Below are positions 1 to 10,915 of a stretch of DNA of 40,830 nt, in pieces. Location: the IMG/VR virus record IMGVR_UViG_3300000062_000468. One strand, written 5' to 3'. The DNA comes from a virus. Each line of letters begins with the position of its first letter. Within the stretch, counting starts at the first letter, position 1. Position numbers and translations under genes: made by a program. The notes below the pieces were generated by a model. That model was not told the origin of the DNA. It made no database searches and saw nothing but the letters and a program-made list of their open reading frames with translations.

Positions 1-175
1 ATGAAAGGAGACTATATAGCACATTGTCTAGCTATTAGTCAAAATTTCAAAAGACTGATTAATAAAAACACTTACCTATACACTTTTGTTCCTAATGATA
101 AAAGTATATTAGTAAGTGTTTTTATTTATGCAAGAATATAAATATTCAAATAACCAATAGGAGATAATAAATTAA

Positions 176-379
176 ATGAAAATTATAAAAAATAAAAGTA
201 AGAAAATCACAGGTGTTACAAATAGCAAAGAATGGTCACGTCATATATCAGAAGTGTTTTTTAAATATAATTACTCCGAAGATGATATCCTTCAGGCGTT
301 TGACACTTCATTTGAAGAATTGCCAAAAGATATGTTAAAAGAGATATTAAACTTTAATGTCCATTGTATATATGAATAG
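176..379 (+). CDS. Hypothetical protein (67 aa)
   Basis: ORF preceded by a GGGAGA ribosome-binding site; convergent with the late operon; no recognisable motif. Confidence 0.5.
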   Translation: MKIIKNKSKKITGVTNSKEWSRHISEVFFKYNYSEDDILQAFDTSFEELPKDMLKEILNFNVHCIYE

Positions 380-530
380 TGCTACGCAATACATCAAGTC
401 TACGCCTAGCCACTAGCTATAATTAGCTCAAATACAAGCGATAATACACTTAGCCTGGATTTGTGTGCCTAATCGCTTAAATGTCTTAAATCGCTTGCAA
501 AACGATAGTTATATAGGTATCATAAAACGT

Positions 531-567
531 AAAAAAATACCCCACTTCGTAATTGAGGTGGGGTATT
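531..567 (-). terminator. Intrinsic terminator closing the late operon
   Basis: Stem AATACCCCAC/GTGGGGTATT with an A-run at 531-537 (U-tail on the minus strand), directly after the 582-1151 gene. Confidence 0.8.
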
Positions 568-581
568 AAGCTGTAATAAAT

Positions 582-1151
582 TTATTTTGTCTCAGAACAT
601 CCGGCGAAATCTTTATCGTTCCACTTTTTCATATATTCATTTCTAATCATTTCTATAGCAAGTTCAACTTGTCCGTTTTTACGATTGTATTTTTTCAGTA
701 TAGCTTCGTATTGACAATACATATCAAATATATTATCAAACTTTTCTTTACTGGCAGGCTTCCCTTCGAGTAACCTAGCTTCAAAATCTAATATTCTACT
801 TCGGATAGAGTTGATTTCTCTATCAACAAACAGAGAGGTGATGTCGTCAAGTTGGTATTTTAATTTATCATCATGTTTAATACTTTGATTGATACTCTCG
901 TCTAATCGTTCGGATATTTCGGAAACACCAGTTCTAACTTCCTTAATTTCACCCTCTACTTGATTAATTCGTTCAGTTACATCAATACGCCAAAGTTCAT
1001 CCTTTTGGTCGTCCAAAGGTTTTTTTGTGATCCAGTTAACAAACATCTTTATTTCACCTCGTACACTATTGAATAATGTTAATGAAAGCACGATATACAT
1101 GAAAATGTGATAACCATTTAATCCCTCGAAGTATTCTAGTATATTTCTCAT
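582..1151 (-). CDS. Membrane-anchored coiled-coil protein, possible holin/lysis accessory
   Basis: One N-terminal hydrophobic segment (IFMYIVLSLTLF) followed by a coiled coil; last gene of the late operon near the endolysin. Holin role inferred from position only. Confidence 0.4.
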   Translation of the reverse strand: MRNILEYFEGLNGYHIFMYIVLSLTLFNSVRGEIKMFVNWITKKPLDDQKDELWRIDVTERINQVEGEIKEVRTGVSEISERLDESINQSIKHDDKLKYQLDDITSLFVDREINSIRSRILDFEARLLEGKPASKEKFDNIFDMYCQYEAILKKYNRKNGQVELAIEMIRNEYMKKWNDKDFAGCSETK

Positions 1152-1174
1152 AAGTCTTTAATCCCTTCGTTATA

Positions 1175-1576
1175 TTACAATATCGCAATCCAATTCATAA
1201 ACGCATTAAAGCTATTAATGTTATTTACATCTTGGATGAGAAACTGAAACCCAGTTTTAGTTGTTCCATAGATACTTACTGTAGGTTTTATCGTTCCCGA
1301 GCCATCGCCCTGAAATGATGTTATAACTGTCGGTACATCATTAAAAGGAGTATCAAAAGCGATAGCGCCATGTAGCCCCTCTGGATAATATCCATACAAG
1401 TATGCTCGTCCAAATTTGATTGTAGAAAACGCATCCAATTTGTTTTTGTAGAAATCAGAAAAATCGTTTACAGACAGACCTTTGCCGTTTACTTTGTCTA
1501 CTTTATCGCCTAACCCTTTTTTAATGCTACCTATCAATTTCAATAAGCCGTTTTTACCTAATAAATTAAAAATCAT
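1175..1576 (-). CDS. Tail fibre tip protein with H-type-lectin/gp53-like C-terminal domain
   Basis: DKVDKVNGKGLSVNDF fibre motif, then G...IAFDTPFNDVPTVITS...TKTGF...NWIAI pattern. Confidence 0.6.
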   Translation of the reverse strand: MIFNLLGKNGLLKLIGSIKKGLGDKVDKVNGKGLSVNDFSDFYKNKLDAFSTIKFGRAYLYGYYPEGLHGAIAFDTPFNDVPTVITSFQGDGSGTIKPTVSIYGTTKTGFQFLIQDVNNINSFNAFMNWIAIL

Positions 1577-1609
1577 TTTAAATTCTCCTTTCAGATTAAA
1601 ATGAAGAAT

Positions 1610-2149
1610 CTAAGCATTCCACATATCATCAATTTCAGAGGCTGTGATTTCTTCAATTTCAAGTCCAGGTGGAATAACAGAATTACTTAAGAATTCAACC
1701 CAAGTACTTCCGTTATAGCGATAGATTGAACCTTCGTCATTAACAGACACAGCCCAGCCTTCTTCTGCATCGGGATATTCTATAGCTAAATCTGCAAAAG
1801 TAGAGACAGATTCTTTCCAATCGATATCTTTCACAATATTAGCCAGAAGATTATCAATTTCACTCTTAGTATACTTATCGGAATAGTTGATTTTATCATA
1901 ATCCGATACAAAACGATGTGCCATATCTTCTGTAATCATGTCGGCAGGTAATGTTGGTGGAAGTGTGTAGTTATTAGCACCATCTTCAATACCTGTCAGT
2001 TTCGCTTCATGAGCATTTGTAAAATCATTAGTTGACAATCCTTTTCCGGCTTCTGTTGGCTGGAAGCTAGTGAGTAATCCCATAACGAAGCTTTTTGTTT
2101 TTTCTATATTTAAAGCAAGCCCTATGTCAGTTAATACTTTATTTGCCAT
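1610..2149 (-). CDS. Tail fibre/adaptor protein (GKGLSTNDF motif)
   Basis: GKGLSTNDFT..EAKLTGIE.GANNY motif typical of Firmicutes phage fibre proteins; start moved to the ATG behind the GGAG RBS. Confidence 0.6.
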   Translation of the reverse strand: MANKVLTDIGLALNIEKTKSFVMGLLTSFQPTEAGKGLSTNDFTNAHEAKLTGIEDGANNYTLPPTLPADMITEDMAHRFVSDYDKINYSDKYTKSEIDNLLANIVKDIDWKESVSTFADLAIEYPDAEEGWAVSVNDEGSIYRYNGSTWVEFLSNSVIPPGLEIEEITASEIDDMWNA

Positions 2150-2164
2150 AATCATTCTCCTTCT

Positions 2165-2860
2165 TTAATTCCATAAATTTATAATGTCTAAAGCAGACAT
2201 TGTTTCTAGTTCCATATCGGAAATTTTTTCATCAATCTCATCTTTGTTATAAGTGCCTATTTGGACAGTGGTTACATCATGAGGATTTGAAGCATCGTTA
2301 ATATGAATATTTAAATATTCTTTAATAACTCGCCCCATGTTAGCAGATAGGGCAGAAGTAGTATCATGTGAATCTGTGTTATTAACCACTTTAACTGGAA
2401 TACCACCACTGCTTTCTAATGCTGCTAATATATCATCGCGCATTTCTACAACTTCTTCACGCAATTCTTCAATTACACCCCACTCATCAGTAGATGTCAT
2501 ACAAGCATCTGAGTTTATCTTTCTTTTAACCGAAAGCCTAAACTCAAATGAAGTGATTACTTTACCGTCAATCTTGTTGTACAATTCCAATTGGCAATAT
2601 ACAGTTCCAATTTCAGAACTTGTTTGCTCTGTAAGTTGATAAAAAATATTATCATCTTCGTCAATTACGCATGGATTCTTAACTTTAGCACCACTGGGTT
2701 TCTTGGCGCTAAATCTAGCACCAGTGAACTCAGCTTCTAAAATATAATCGCTAGGTAATTCAAATTGGAATATACGTGCATTGTCGTACTGAACAATATC
2801 TATAACTTTTGCATATTGTGTTGATTTATATAATTGAATATTTATAACTTGTACATTCAA
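2165..2860 (-). CDS. BppU-like upper baseplate protein
   Basis: N-terminal 'QYDNAR...F...SAKKPSG...YQLTEQ...G.V.CQLELY' pattern of the BppU/DUF2479 N-domain; TTG start at 2860 behind an AAAGGAGG RBS. Confidence 0.65.
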   Translation of the reverse strand: MNVQVINIQLYKSTQYAKVIDIVQYDNARIFQFELPSDYILEAEFTGARFSAKKPSGAKVKNPCVIDEDDNIFYQLTEQTSSEIGTVYCQLELYNKIDGKVITSFEFRLSVKRKINSDACMTSTDEWGVIEELREEVVEMRDDILAALESSGGIPVKVVNNTDSHDTTSALSANMGRVIKEYLNIHINDASNPHDVTTVQIGTYNKDEIDEKISDMELETMSALDIINLWN

Positions 2861-2887
2861 TGTCAGACCTCCTTTCTCAATTAACAA

Positions 2888-2929
2888 TAGAAGAGTGGCT
2901 TCCGTAATATATAGGAAACCACTCTTCTA
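2888..2929. terminator. Long inverted repeat, probable terminator after the endolysin
   Basis: TAGAAGAGTGG.TTCC / GGAA.CCACTCTTCTA stem. Confidence 0.6.
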
Positions 2930-2957
2930 AAATCAACATGTATATTGTTTAACTAGT

Positions 2958-3947
2958 TTATTTATAACCAACAATCCAAGCACCATCAGCACCAACATAG
3001 TATTGACCAATCCATTTACTAGTAGCCATAGCACCATTGCCTTCTAAGTAATAGTCTTTATCTTTGTGTTTAATCCATTCGTTTGCAACCATATCTCCTT
3101 CTAATCTAAAATAGTACCATTTACCATCAATCATTTGCCAATCCGTTAGCATCTCACCACTATTAAGCTTAAGGTAGTACCATTTATCGTTGATGATTTT
3201 CCAGCCAGTAGCCATAGCACACTCTGTGTCTTCACCTGCTTTGTTTAAATAATACCATTTGCCACTTAACCTAATCCAACCCGTTACAGCATAACCATTT
3301 GAATCAAAATAGTACCACTCGCCACTCAATTTCATCCATTCATTAAAAGGATAGCTCCCATCAGCGTTGCGATACCACCATCCAGTATCATTTTTAACCC
3401 ACTCTGTTGCAGTTGGTGTTTCTGCATGGCTGTACTCAATTGCGCAATAACCATCTATGAGACTATCACTTCTTAAGTATACCTTTTCTTTTACTGTACC
3501 ACCGTTGCGATCGCCATGTTTGGCAGATGTGTTACCTTCGTTTGTATAAATATGTGTAGTAGTCACACCAATAATTCTTGCTATATGACTTTGTTTGAAG
3601 ACTACAAGATATCCGACCTTTGGATTTTTAACATACTTACCCTTTTTTTTAAAAGCATCTCTTGTACTAAAAACATTATATGCCACATAAGAATTTCTGG
3701 TCATACAAAAATTTTCTAATGCCTTTATAACACCAAATTCTTGCATTTCTATCCAGAATTGATATGTCCCGCACCAAGCTTGTCCTTGACACCCCATGAG
3801 CTTTTGACTATTAATGTCTCTAGCATATTTGGTGTAATTATTATAGCCAACATTTGCATTTTTGCTATCTAATTGAGAATTTGATGCTTTTTCCTGATAG
3901 CCGTCTTCCTCTTTAAGCCTTGATAATATTCCGTTTAAATTCCCCAT
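2958..3947 (-). CDS. Endolysin: CHAP (Cys/His) domain plus cell-wall/choline-binding repeats
   Basis: AWCGTY...SHIA...EGNT catalytic motifs; C-terminal GW..I.GKWYYF repeats. Confidence 0.9.
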   Translation of the reverse strand: MGNLNGILSRLKEEDGYQEKASNSQLDSKNANVGYNNYTKYARDINSQKLMGCQGQAWCGTYQFWIEMQEFGVIKALENFCMTRNSYVAYNVFSTRDAFKKKGKYVKNPKVGYLVVFKQSHIARIIGVTTTHIYTNEGNTSAKHGDRNGGTVKEKVYLRSDSLIDGYCAIEYSHAETPTATEWVKNDTGWWYRNADGSYPFNEWMKLSGEWYYFDSNGYAVTGWIRLSGKWYYLNKAGEDTECAMATGWKIINDKWYYLKLNSGEMLTDWQMIDGKWYYFRLEGDMVANEWIKHKDKDYYLEGNGAMATSKWIGQYYVGADGAWIVGYK

Positions 3948-4021
3948 TCATAGTACCTCCATTATTGTTGATGAGTTTTGTTATATTAATTTAAGTTATA
4001 AAAATAGTTCATTCGGACACA

Positions 4022-4062
4022 TAAAAAAGAGTTTCATTCTAATATTGAATTGAAACTCTTTT
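4022..4062 (-). terminator. Intrinsic terminator (possibly bidirectional)
   Basis: AAAAGAGTTTCA/TGAAACTCTTTT stem flanked by A- and T-runs. Confidence 0.7.
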
Positions 4063-4085
4063 GAAGCGTGTATTTAAATAACTAT

Positions 4086-6287
4086 TTAATCAGCAGGATA
4101 AGATATATCGACCCCCACCCATGCGAAGTTCCCTCCAATTGAATTAGCATCGTACATGTTTTTAATCCATTCTAAAATTATTTGACCATCATCATATACA
4201 TACCAACGTGTCATAACTGCACCATTAGCACTACCAGTAAAGACTGAAGTAGCCGAAGGTCTATACCCTACAGGCATACGAAACATTAATTCTTCACCCC
4301 CACTATATCCACTTATCGAGAAGTTACCTTGAATGTGTACAATTCCATTTTGTTTTCTGTATCGCACGGGGCTACCCCAGTGAGGAGTAGATATTTTGGA
4401 ATTTGCAAGACTTGTATGAATGATATTTTGCCACCCACTGTCGAAGAAAATACATGACCAAGGCGACACATGATTATCATGTTGAGTCCGTATCCAAAAA
4501 CCATTATTATAACCTTGTCCCAAAAAGCCAAATGCTGCTATCTGGGTAACACGAGTGTATGTACCAAAAGTTATTACGTTATACCATTCGGCATAGGCTG
4601 CTTGGACGGGTGCATATGGATCATGAATATGCTGATCTTGTACGACAGAAGTTACGGTGAATCTTCTTTCGCCCAACCATTCACTAGGAAGACGAGCAAA
4701 GGTTGATTTTGTTTGGTCTGATTGAAATGTGACATTTAGCTGATGAAAAATAGTGTTAATTTGATTTGTAAAGTGTTCATTAACATTATGAAGATTGTTG
4801 CTGATATTATTTATATTATGTGCATTATTTTGAATGTTCTCCATTACGAGATAATCAGTACCATTTTTTCTAAGTTGAATGTCTGTACCAACTTGCAAAT
4901 TGGCAGTATTTAATTTGCTCCAGTCAGGAACTTTATTTATGGCAACAATACCAACTTCACTTTCGACCATGATGGGAATACCTTGCTCTAATCTAATTTG
5001 ATATATGTTGCTTGAAAAATTATCTTCAACTTTAAAAGCAAAGATATATTCGAAGGAGGTGTCGCATATGGTATAATTGGGAATATCACTGCGTGCATGT
5101 ACTTCCATTCCTTGTTCCCAACTGGATGTGATGGGAGTATGTAATGGAGTCCAGTTATGTTCAGGTGAATCAGCTCTACGGTAACTAGCTTCAACAACTA
5201 ATCTATTATTTAAGTCGCCACTATTATGTCTAAATACTTTAGAACGAGCTAACGCTAAATTCAAAGATATTTCCTGTTCAAAGCCGTTCCATCTAGAGAC
5301 ATTGATGTTATAACGTGGCTCACTATAAGGAATGACATGGTAAAATTTTCGTACTAATCTAGATGTATTATTTCGGGAATCTATGGCTTCAAAATCAACA
5401 ACTAAGTCACCTGTCTCACCAAAAGCACCAAGGTCTAAAACTGGATGGTTGCTATAACCTATGCGACCACTACGTATTTGTATTCCATCGGGAGAATGAA
5501 CAGCATAGTTATACCCTTTAATGGATGCTCCATTTAATGGGATTGCTCGTTTTTCATACGGAATGTCAACTCGCAATCCACCACGGTGTTGTAGTGTATA
5601 TGTACCACTTCCTAATTTGTTTGCTAGACCGGCATCCAAATTATAGTAATTAAAATCAGAAAAAGTAGGATCACTATTTACAACGTAAGCGGTTGTAGAC
5701 ATTCCAGACCTATTGCCGAGTTGAACCCGTAGATAAACATAATTTTCGTTAGGGCAATGAGAATATAAAATATCTGCAAAATTCGACATATCACAAGCAT
5801 ACATATCTTGTCCAGGAGGGATGAAGAAACTAGCAACTGGGATATTAGGGGATGCAATATTAATGCTAACAACATAATCACTATCTTCACCAGGTCGGTC
5901 GTAACCATTATTGGTAAGTACTAATTCTAAATTGCTGTGACTCCTACCAATATTAAAAGATCTAGCCAAAGTTAAAGAAACATCTCTTTTGGTAGTAAAT
6001 GTACGCCTACCAGAATAAACATCACTACTACTATCAGTACCACCTCTGATACAAAATTCAACGGTATAAGTAGTGCCGGGGGTTAATTTGTCAATTGTAA
6101 TTCCACCCATAAGGTCTATCCATTGCCAAGAAATATTGTTATCAGCACCACGATTGGGATATTCGACCCATGACTGTCCATTAATTTGAACCCAAATTCT
6201 ATTAGGATAGTTATTAGTCAGCCATCCAAACTGAACCGCTGTTGTAGTAATTATATCTATATCAAAACTTTTAATATATGTTGCCAA
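4086..6287 (-). CDS. Tail fibre / receptor-binding protein
   Basis: DUF859-like central region (DSRNNTS..PYSEP..DNFS), Asn/His coiled coil, knob-like region and C-terminal DSGW...YRKQNGIVHIQG...P.GYRPS domain; TTG start at 6287 behind GAAGG. Confidence 0.75.
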   Translation of the reverse strand: MATYIKSFDIDIITTTAVQFGWLTNNYPNRIWVQINGQSWVEYPNRGADNNISWQWIDLMGGITIDKLTPGTTYTVEFCIRGGTDSSSDVYSGRRTFTTKRDVSLTLARSFNIGRSHSNLELVLTNNGYDRPGEDSDYVVSINIASPNIPVASFFIPPGQDMYACDMSNFADILYSHCPNENYVYLRVQLGNRSGMSTTAYVVNSDPTFSDFNYYNLDAGLANKLGSGTYTLQHRGGLRVDIPYEKRAIPLNGASIKGYNYAVHSPDGIQIRSGRIGYSNHPVLDLGAFGETGDLVVDFEAIDSRNNTSRLVRKFYHVIPYSEPRYNINVSRWNGFEQEISLNLALARSKVFRHNSGDLNNRLVVEASYRRADSPEHNWTPLHTPITSSWEQGMEVHARSDIPNYTICDTSFEYIFAFKVEDNFSSNIYQIRLEQGIPIMVESEVGIVAINKVPDWSKLNTANLQVGTDIQLRKNGTDYLVMENIQNNAHNINNISNNLHNVNEHFTNQINTIFHQLNVTFQSDQTKSTFARLPSEWLGERRFTVTSVVQDQHIHDPYAPVQAAYAEWYNVITFGTYTRVTQIAAFGFLGQGYNNGFWIRTQHDNHVSPWSCIFFDSGWQNIIHTSLANSKISTPHWGSPVRYRKQNGIVHIQGNFSISGYSGGEELMFRMPVGYRPSATSVFTGSANGAVMTRWYVYDDGQIILEWIKNMYDANSIGGNFAWVGVDISYPAD

Positions 6288-6307
6288 ATTTACACCTTCT
6301 TTCTTAT

Positions 6308-9300
6308 TTACGAGCTGCCACCAGAACGAATATGTGCCAAACATCTATACGTTTGACCATTACTAACAATATCTGTAGGTAAATATTTAATTCCCGTCAG
6401 ATTTCTACCATCGATACCAATTTTGGCAAAATCGACACCATTTTCAACTTGTAAGCGTCTGGTGATGGTCAAGTCATTAGTTAATTGGAATACAGTTTCT
6501 TTGTTATACTCTCCAGCAAACCTATCCTTTGATATTATGGTTCTACGACCATCGCCCCCGTCTATAACCATGCCGTTTGCTGACATAGATACGCTAGTAG
6601 GAACATATTGCTCATCTTTTTCGTATGCTCCACCCATTCCAATTTGTCGAAATAGGGCTTTCCATTCTTTTGAATTCTGCGTAATTAGACTAGAATAGTA
6701 ATTACCATTATTATCTAATTGTTGTACTTGAGTGCTTATGTTATTTAGTTGTACTAATAGTTCAGCACGAGCTGCAGCCGCATGTGTTATTTGGTCATGT
6801 GTGTATATGCTATGCAAATCCAATTGTTGCGAATTCATGGTTACATTGGCTGAAATAGAATCTACATTAGCCCTAAGAGAAGCAATCTTATTATTAACAG
6901 CATTATCACTAATGTTGTATAATTTACCATCGATAGTCTCCATGTATCCGCCTTGGAATTCACTTGTGTATAAAGTTTTCCATATAACTCCATCAATAGA
7001 GACCTGTAATTTGTGGCGATATGATTTTGCAACATCATAGTCATGCCAAATTTGAATTGTATCCACATTTTGATATATTTTACCTAAATCTAATTCTAAA
7101 AAAACCCATGTATTATCAAATGGGACAGGTGTATTAGGTGAAACTAATTCAATATAATTACTAGAGGCGATATCACCATCTGTGTACCAACTTAAATTAG
7201 AGGTTGTTATAAGTACATTACCAACATCATCTTTTGGTATGGGGATTTTACCATGTGAAATATTTTCACCTTCAGCATATATTTGACATTCAACGAAACG
7301 ATTAAAATTATCAAAGTTGTTGCAATTCAGACAATCACGGATATATCTAAATGTTACATCTTGTCGTTTACTTATATTTAATTCGAATTCATCAGCGCGT
7401 TGTTCTAATGAAGATATATTACCTTCGGCATCAGTGAGTTTGATTTCCATTTCGTCAGCTTTGGAAGATATTGTATTAACATTACCATCAATACTACTTA
7501 ACTCTCCACGGATCTCAGTGGCGGTAGTGTTCAATGATGCTATGTCTCCCTCAGTGTTTGCTACTCTAGACTCAACACCTATCAAGTCGGCAGTGAGAGA
7601 GGTTACGTTGCCATTTATATCTGAAACTAAATTTTCTATAGTATCAGCATGTTGGGTAAATGAAGATTCGACACTTTCAATTTGTCCCTCTAAAGTTGTT
7701 TTCGTATCAGATACTAACTGTTGAAAGCCTTCTGTTGTTTGTTCCACAGTAGCAACTCTATCAGTTAATGTTTCAGTTGTGGTTTCAATAGTTCTGACTT
7801 CGGATGAAATTCTATCAACAGTTTGATTAACCTCTGTATATTTCGTATTGATTACTTCTTCAACACCATCAATGGCAGTTATAATATCAGTTTGCCAAAC
7901 TTTATCAGTAATTTGTTGATTGACACCATCGACCATGCTTTCAACACCACTGATACTATCATCTATGTATTTTGTTATTTTTGTACCGTATTGTTGGTCG
8001 CCATCGTATACATTAGTAATACTTATATGTCCGTTTTCATCAGTTTCGATTATTGGAAAGTTTAATTTCCCCCGACTAATAGTATCGTTTTCAATCATAT
8101 TATTTATGATCGTTCCGTTAGGAATGCCAGCTTGTTTAATACCATTTTCATCGAATAGAGCGGTAGTGCCATCTTCACCACGAACAATAAAATTAAAATC
8201 ACCATTCCCATCTTGTCCGATCTGAACACGAACATGACCATCAGAATCATAGAATTGTTGTGTTGAGTCTTTAAATGCGATGGTTGGTTCACCAGTAGTA
8301 GATGATATTAATTTTATGACTTCAGCACTTGCTACATGAGCCATTAAATCCGCAACAGAAATTTTGGCAGCAATTAAATTCTTAATAACGGCACTATCTA
8401 TCTCAGTGTTACCAACCTTAAGATTGTAAATAACACCAGTTTCGGTAACGGAGGTACTAACCACCATATCTCTGATTTTTGCATAAAGAACATCTAAAAT
8501 ATTGATAGTAGCATTATTAGCGTAGATAGTATCTGTAGAAATTAGTCCAGCATAAAGATATTGGAAAAATCCATTTTCTGCCATTAGATCTACGCATTCA
8601 ATTAATCCTTCTTCTGTTATCTTAACATTTCCAGAAGCAGAACCAATCCAGCCACCAACTTGCTGATTAATATTGCTATTTACAGCGTCACGAAAAGTAT
8701 TAGAATTGACTATTTTATTTAGTATGTATCTAAGAGAAGCAGTGCCTATTTCACCAGAATTATTACCAAAGTTATTAGAGCCACCCTGAATTGCATTTTT
8801 ACCAGACTGACTAGCGATATCTAGCAGTTGTGCAAAATCATTTCGTTTTGAAGAAGATTTCACCATATTAGAAAATTCGATAGTTATTTCGTTATCGTAA
8901 GCTACGGGATTATATGTCAATGAAATGAAGCGAAGAGAGGTGTAGTAATTATCACGAATACCTAGTCTTATAAAATCGCCTAGTTCTAAATTTTGAACAT
9001 AGTCTTTATAGTCAAATATTGCAATAAAATTGTCTAATGTAGTAGAACATTTATATTGTGGTTGAGAGGTGGCATCCAAGTCTTCTTCGGCTGCTTGAAG
9101 TAATTTCAATTGTTCATCAATAGCAGTTATTTGATTATCTGATTGGACTAAAAACATATTTGGATTCTGATAATCAGTATCTACATATAGCCTAGATAAA
9201 GACTTTAAATCGTTATCGGTGAATGAATAAGAAACACCATTGTCATCAGTGTAAGACCAAAACTCTTTTTGGACGCTATCATAAATAGCTTTTCTACCCA

Positions 9301-10915
9301 CAGAGAATTGTTCAAGTAAAACTTCGGCACTAGCTACTTCTCCCAAGCGTTTCTCGTGTTCCATAGCACAAGAGTCTACGAAATTGGGATTGATTTGATT
9401 TTCTAACCATAAGAAATCGGCATAACATTTGTCATGATAATCCTTAGAATGTCCATTCGAATCCGTATAAGGTGTGTTATATCCGTTTTTAATATAAGTT
9501 TCACGTTGTCCAGTAAACATCTTCAACTTAGCATCTAATTCATCAGATCCATACAATTTCCAGTTTTCAACTTTGCGATACTCTTCTATGTCGTCTTGTG
9601 TTGTTGCATACTTATTAGAAATTGCGATTTGTAGGTTTGAAATGATATATGTGACGATTTGATAATAGGTATCAGCCAGCTCAGACGACCACAACCGTGT
9701 CCAGTCAACGTTGTCATCAACATCTGTAAATAGAGTTTCAATACCCAATTGCTGTGCTTGATAATCTAATAGCCTAGCTTGTAAATCTTCAAGTGGGAAA
9801 GTAGCCCAGTCAGTTTCAGTATCATCTAATGGAAGCCTGTTCCTTAACTCTGATATAGTTTCAAGCTGAGTATTGTATAAACGGGAAAAAGTAGCATATT
9901 CTATACGTTTAGACAGCATATAGTCATACCACAATTTATATGTGACAATTAAGTTCTCTGATAGATATTTTCTATTCAGATAGAACGAAATGTTTTCAAT
10001 AATATTACTTCCAAAATTCACATATTCAATACCCAATTCATCGCCACCACTAACACGATATCTGGTAAATATGCTCTTGTCATCAACTGATATAACATTG
10101 CTGTTTTCAAGATTTCTGAATCCAACTGTCACATTTGTGTCTTTGCCATAGGTTTCAATTCGATATGCATTGATGAGTCTATCTTTTATATCAAATTCAA
10201 TTATACATTCAAAGAACTTAGCCATGTCTTGAGTGTAAAAAGCATATACACTTTGTGTTGATATATCAAAATAACCAATTTCGTCATGTAATGATACAGA
10301 GTATTTAGTTTCAACACCGCCATCATAAGATTTGTATTCTTTAATACTTGCGTCAACATATCCGATATTCCAACCTTTAATTCCAGCAGCTTTTAATGGA
10401 ATATGCATTAGACTTAAATCGTGGTTTTCGCCATTGTAAAATTTGATTTGGCTCAATGAGTGTTCGATACCAGTGTCGTCAATTTCAACATTGCCATCTA
10501 TCAACATCTCATAGGAATCGGTAGTGCCATAGTTTGTCTTGAATCCAAACAAATCATTGTCGACTAGCTCACAGTCAATTGATTCGGCGTGAATTGTTTT
10601 GCTTTCATTAAAGCCATTATTCGTAGATTCGGGTTCACCCATACGAAACCACCCTATATTATCGACATACAAGTGCATCAAATTTCCAACTAAATCGTAG
10701 CCATTAGCCGGTGTGTTTTGGTCGTCGATACAGATAGTTTCGTCAATTGTAAATTTCAAATCATACATATTATTGACATTGATGGTCAAGGATACGCTTT
10801 CTGGTCGTATACTGTTTAGAGAACAAAGCACATCATCGTCAACATTAGCTAAATAAATATTACTGGGTTCAATTCTATTCAAAGAATCGTATTTTATATT
10901 CATTTTAAACAGCAC
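6308..10915 (-). CDS. Tal-like baseplate hub / central tail spike protein (about 1535 aa)
   Basis: Follows Dit; endopeptidase-like tail region, 'RVQIGQDG.GDF' motif, long coiled coils, discoidin-like domain (ELDLG...IQIWH..Y..KLQVS.DG..W). Confidence 0.7.
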   Translation of the reverse strand: MLFKMNIKYDSLNRIEPSNIYLANVDDDVLCSLNSIRPESVSLTINVNNMYDLKFTIDETICIDDQNTPANGYDLVGNLMHLYVDNIGWFRMGEPESTNNGFNESKTIHAESIDCELVDNDLFGFKTNYGTTDSYEMLIDGNVEIDDTGIEHSLSQIKFYNGENHDLSLMHIPLKAAGIKGWNIGYVDASIKEYKSYDGGVETKYSVSLHDEIGYFDISTQSVYAFYTQDMAKFFECIIEFDIKDRLINAYRIETYGKDTNVTVGFRNLENSNVISVDDKSIFTRYRVSGGDELGIEYVNFGSNIIENISFYLNRKYLSENLIVTYKLWYDYMLSKRIEYATFSRLYNTQLETISELRNRLPLDDTETDWATFPLEDLQARLLDYQAQQLGIETLFTDVDDNVDWTRLWSSELADTYYQIVTYIISNLQIAISNKYATTQDDIEEYRKVENWKLYGSDELDAKLKMFTGQRETYIKNGYNTPYTDSNGHSKDYHDKCYADFLWLENQINPNFVDSCAMEHEKRLGEVASAEVLLEQFSVGRKAIYDSVQKEFWSYTDDNGVSYSFTDNDLKSLSRLYVDTDYQNPNMFLVQSDNQITAIDEQLKLLQAAEEDLDATSQPQYKCSTTLDNFIAIFDYKDYVQNLELGDFIRLGIRDNYYTSLRFISLTYNPVAYDNEITIEFSNMVKSSSKRNDFAQLLDIASQSGKNAIQGGSNNFGNNSGEIGTASLRYILNKIVNSNTFRDAVNSNINQQVGGWIGSASGNVKITEEGLIECVDLMAENGFFQYLYAGLISTDTIYANNATINILDVLYAKIRDMVVSTSVTETGVIYNLKVGNTEIDSAVIKNLIAAKISVADLMAHVASAEVIKLISSTTGEPTIAFKDSTQQFYDSDGHVRVQIGQDGNGDFNFIVRGEDGTTALFDENGIKQAGIPNGTIINNMIENDTISRGKLNFPIIETDENGHISITNVYDGDQQYGTKITKYIDDSISGVESMVDGVNQQITDKVWQTDIITAIDGVEEVINTKYTEVNQTVDRISSEVRTIETTTETLTDRVATVEQTTEGFQQLVSDTKTTLEGQIESVESSFTQHADTIENLVSDINGNVTSLTADLIGVESRVANTEGDIASLNTTATEIRGELSSIDGNVNTISSKADEMEIKLTDAEGNISSLEQRADEFELNISKRQDVTFRYIRDCLNCNNFDNFNRFVECQIYAEGENISHGKIPIPKDDVGNVLITTSNLSWYTDGDIASSNYIELVSPNTPVPFDNTWVFLELDLGKIYQNVDTIQIWHDYDVAKSYRHKLQVSIDGVIWKTLYTSEFQGGYMETIDGKLYNISDNAVNNKIASLRANVDSISANVTMNSQQLDLHSIYTHDQITHAAAARAELLVQLNNISTQVQQLDNNGNYYSSLITQNSKEWKALFRQIGMGGAYEKDEQYVPTSVSMSANGMVIDGGDGRRTIISKDRFAGEYNKETVFQLTNDLTITRRLQVENGVDFAKIGIDGRNLTGIKYLPTDIVSNGQTYRCLAHIRSGGSS

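Noticed and set aside
4086-6287. Diversity-generating retroelement target in the tail fibre
   Set aside because: No template repeat or reverse transcriptase is visible in the window.
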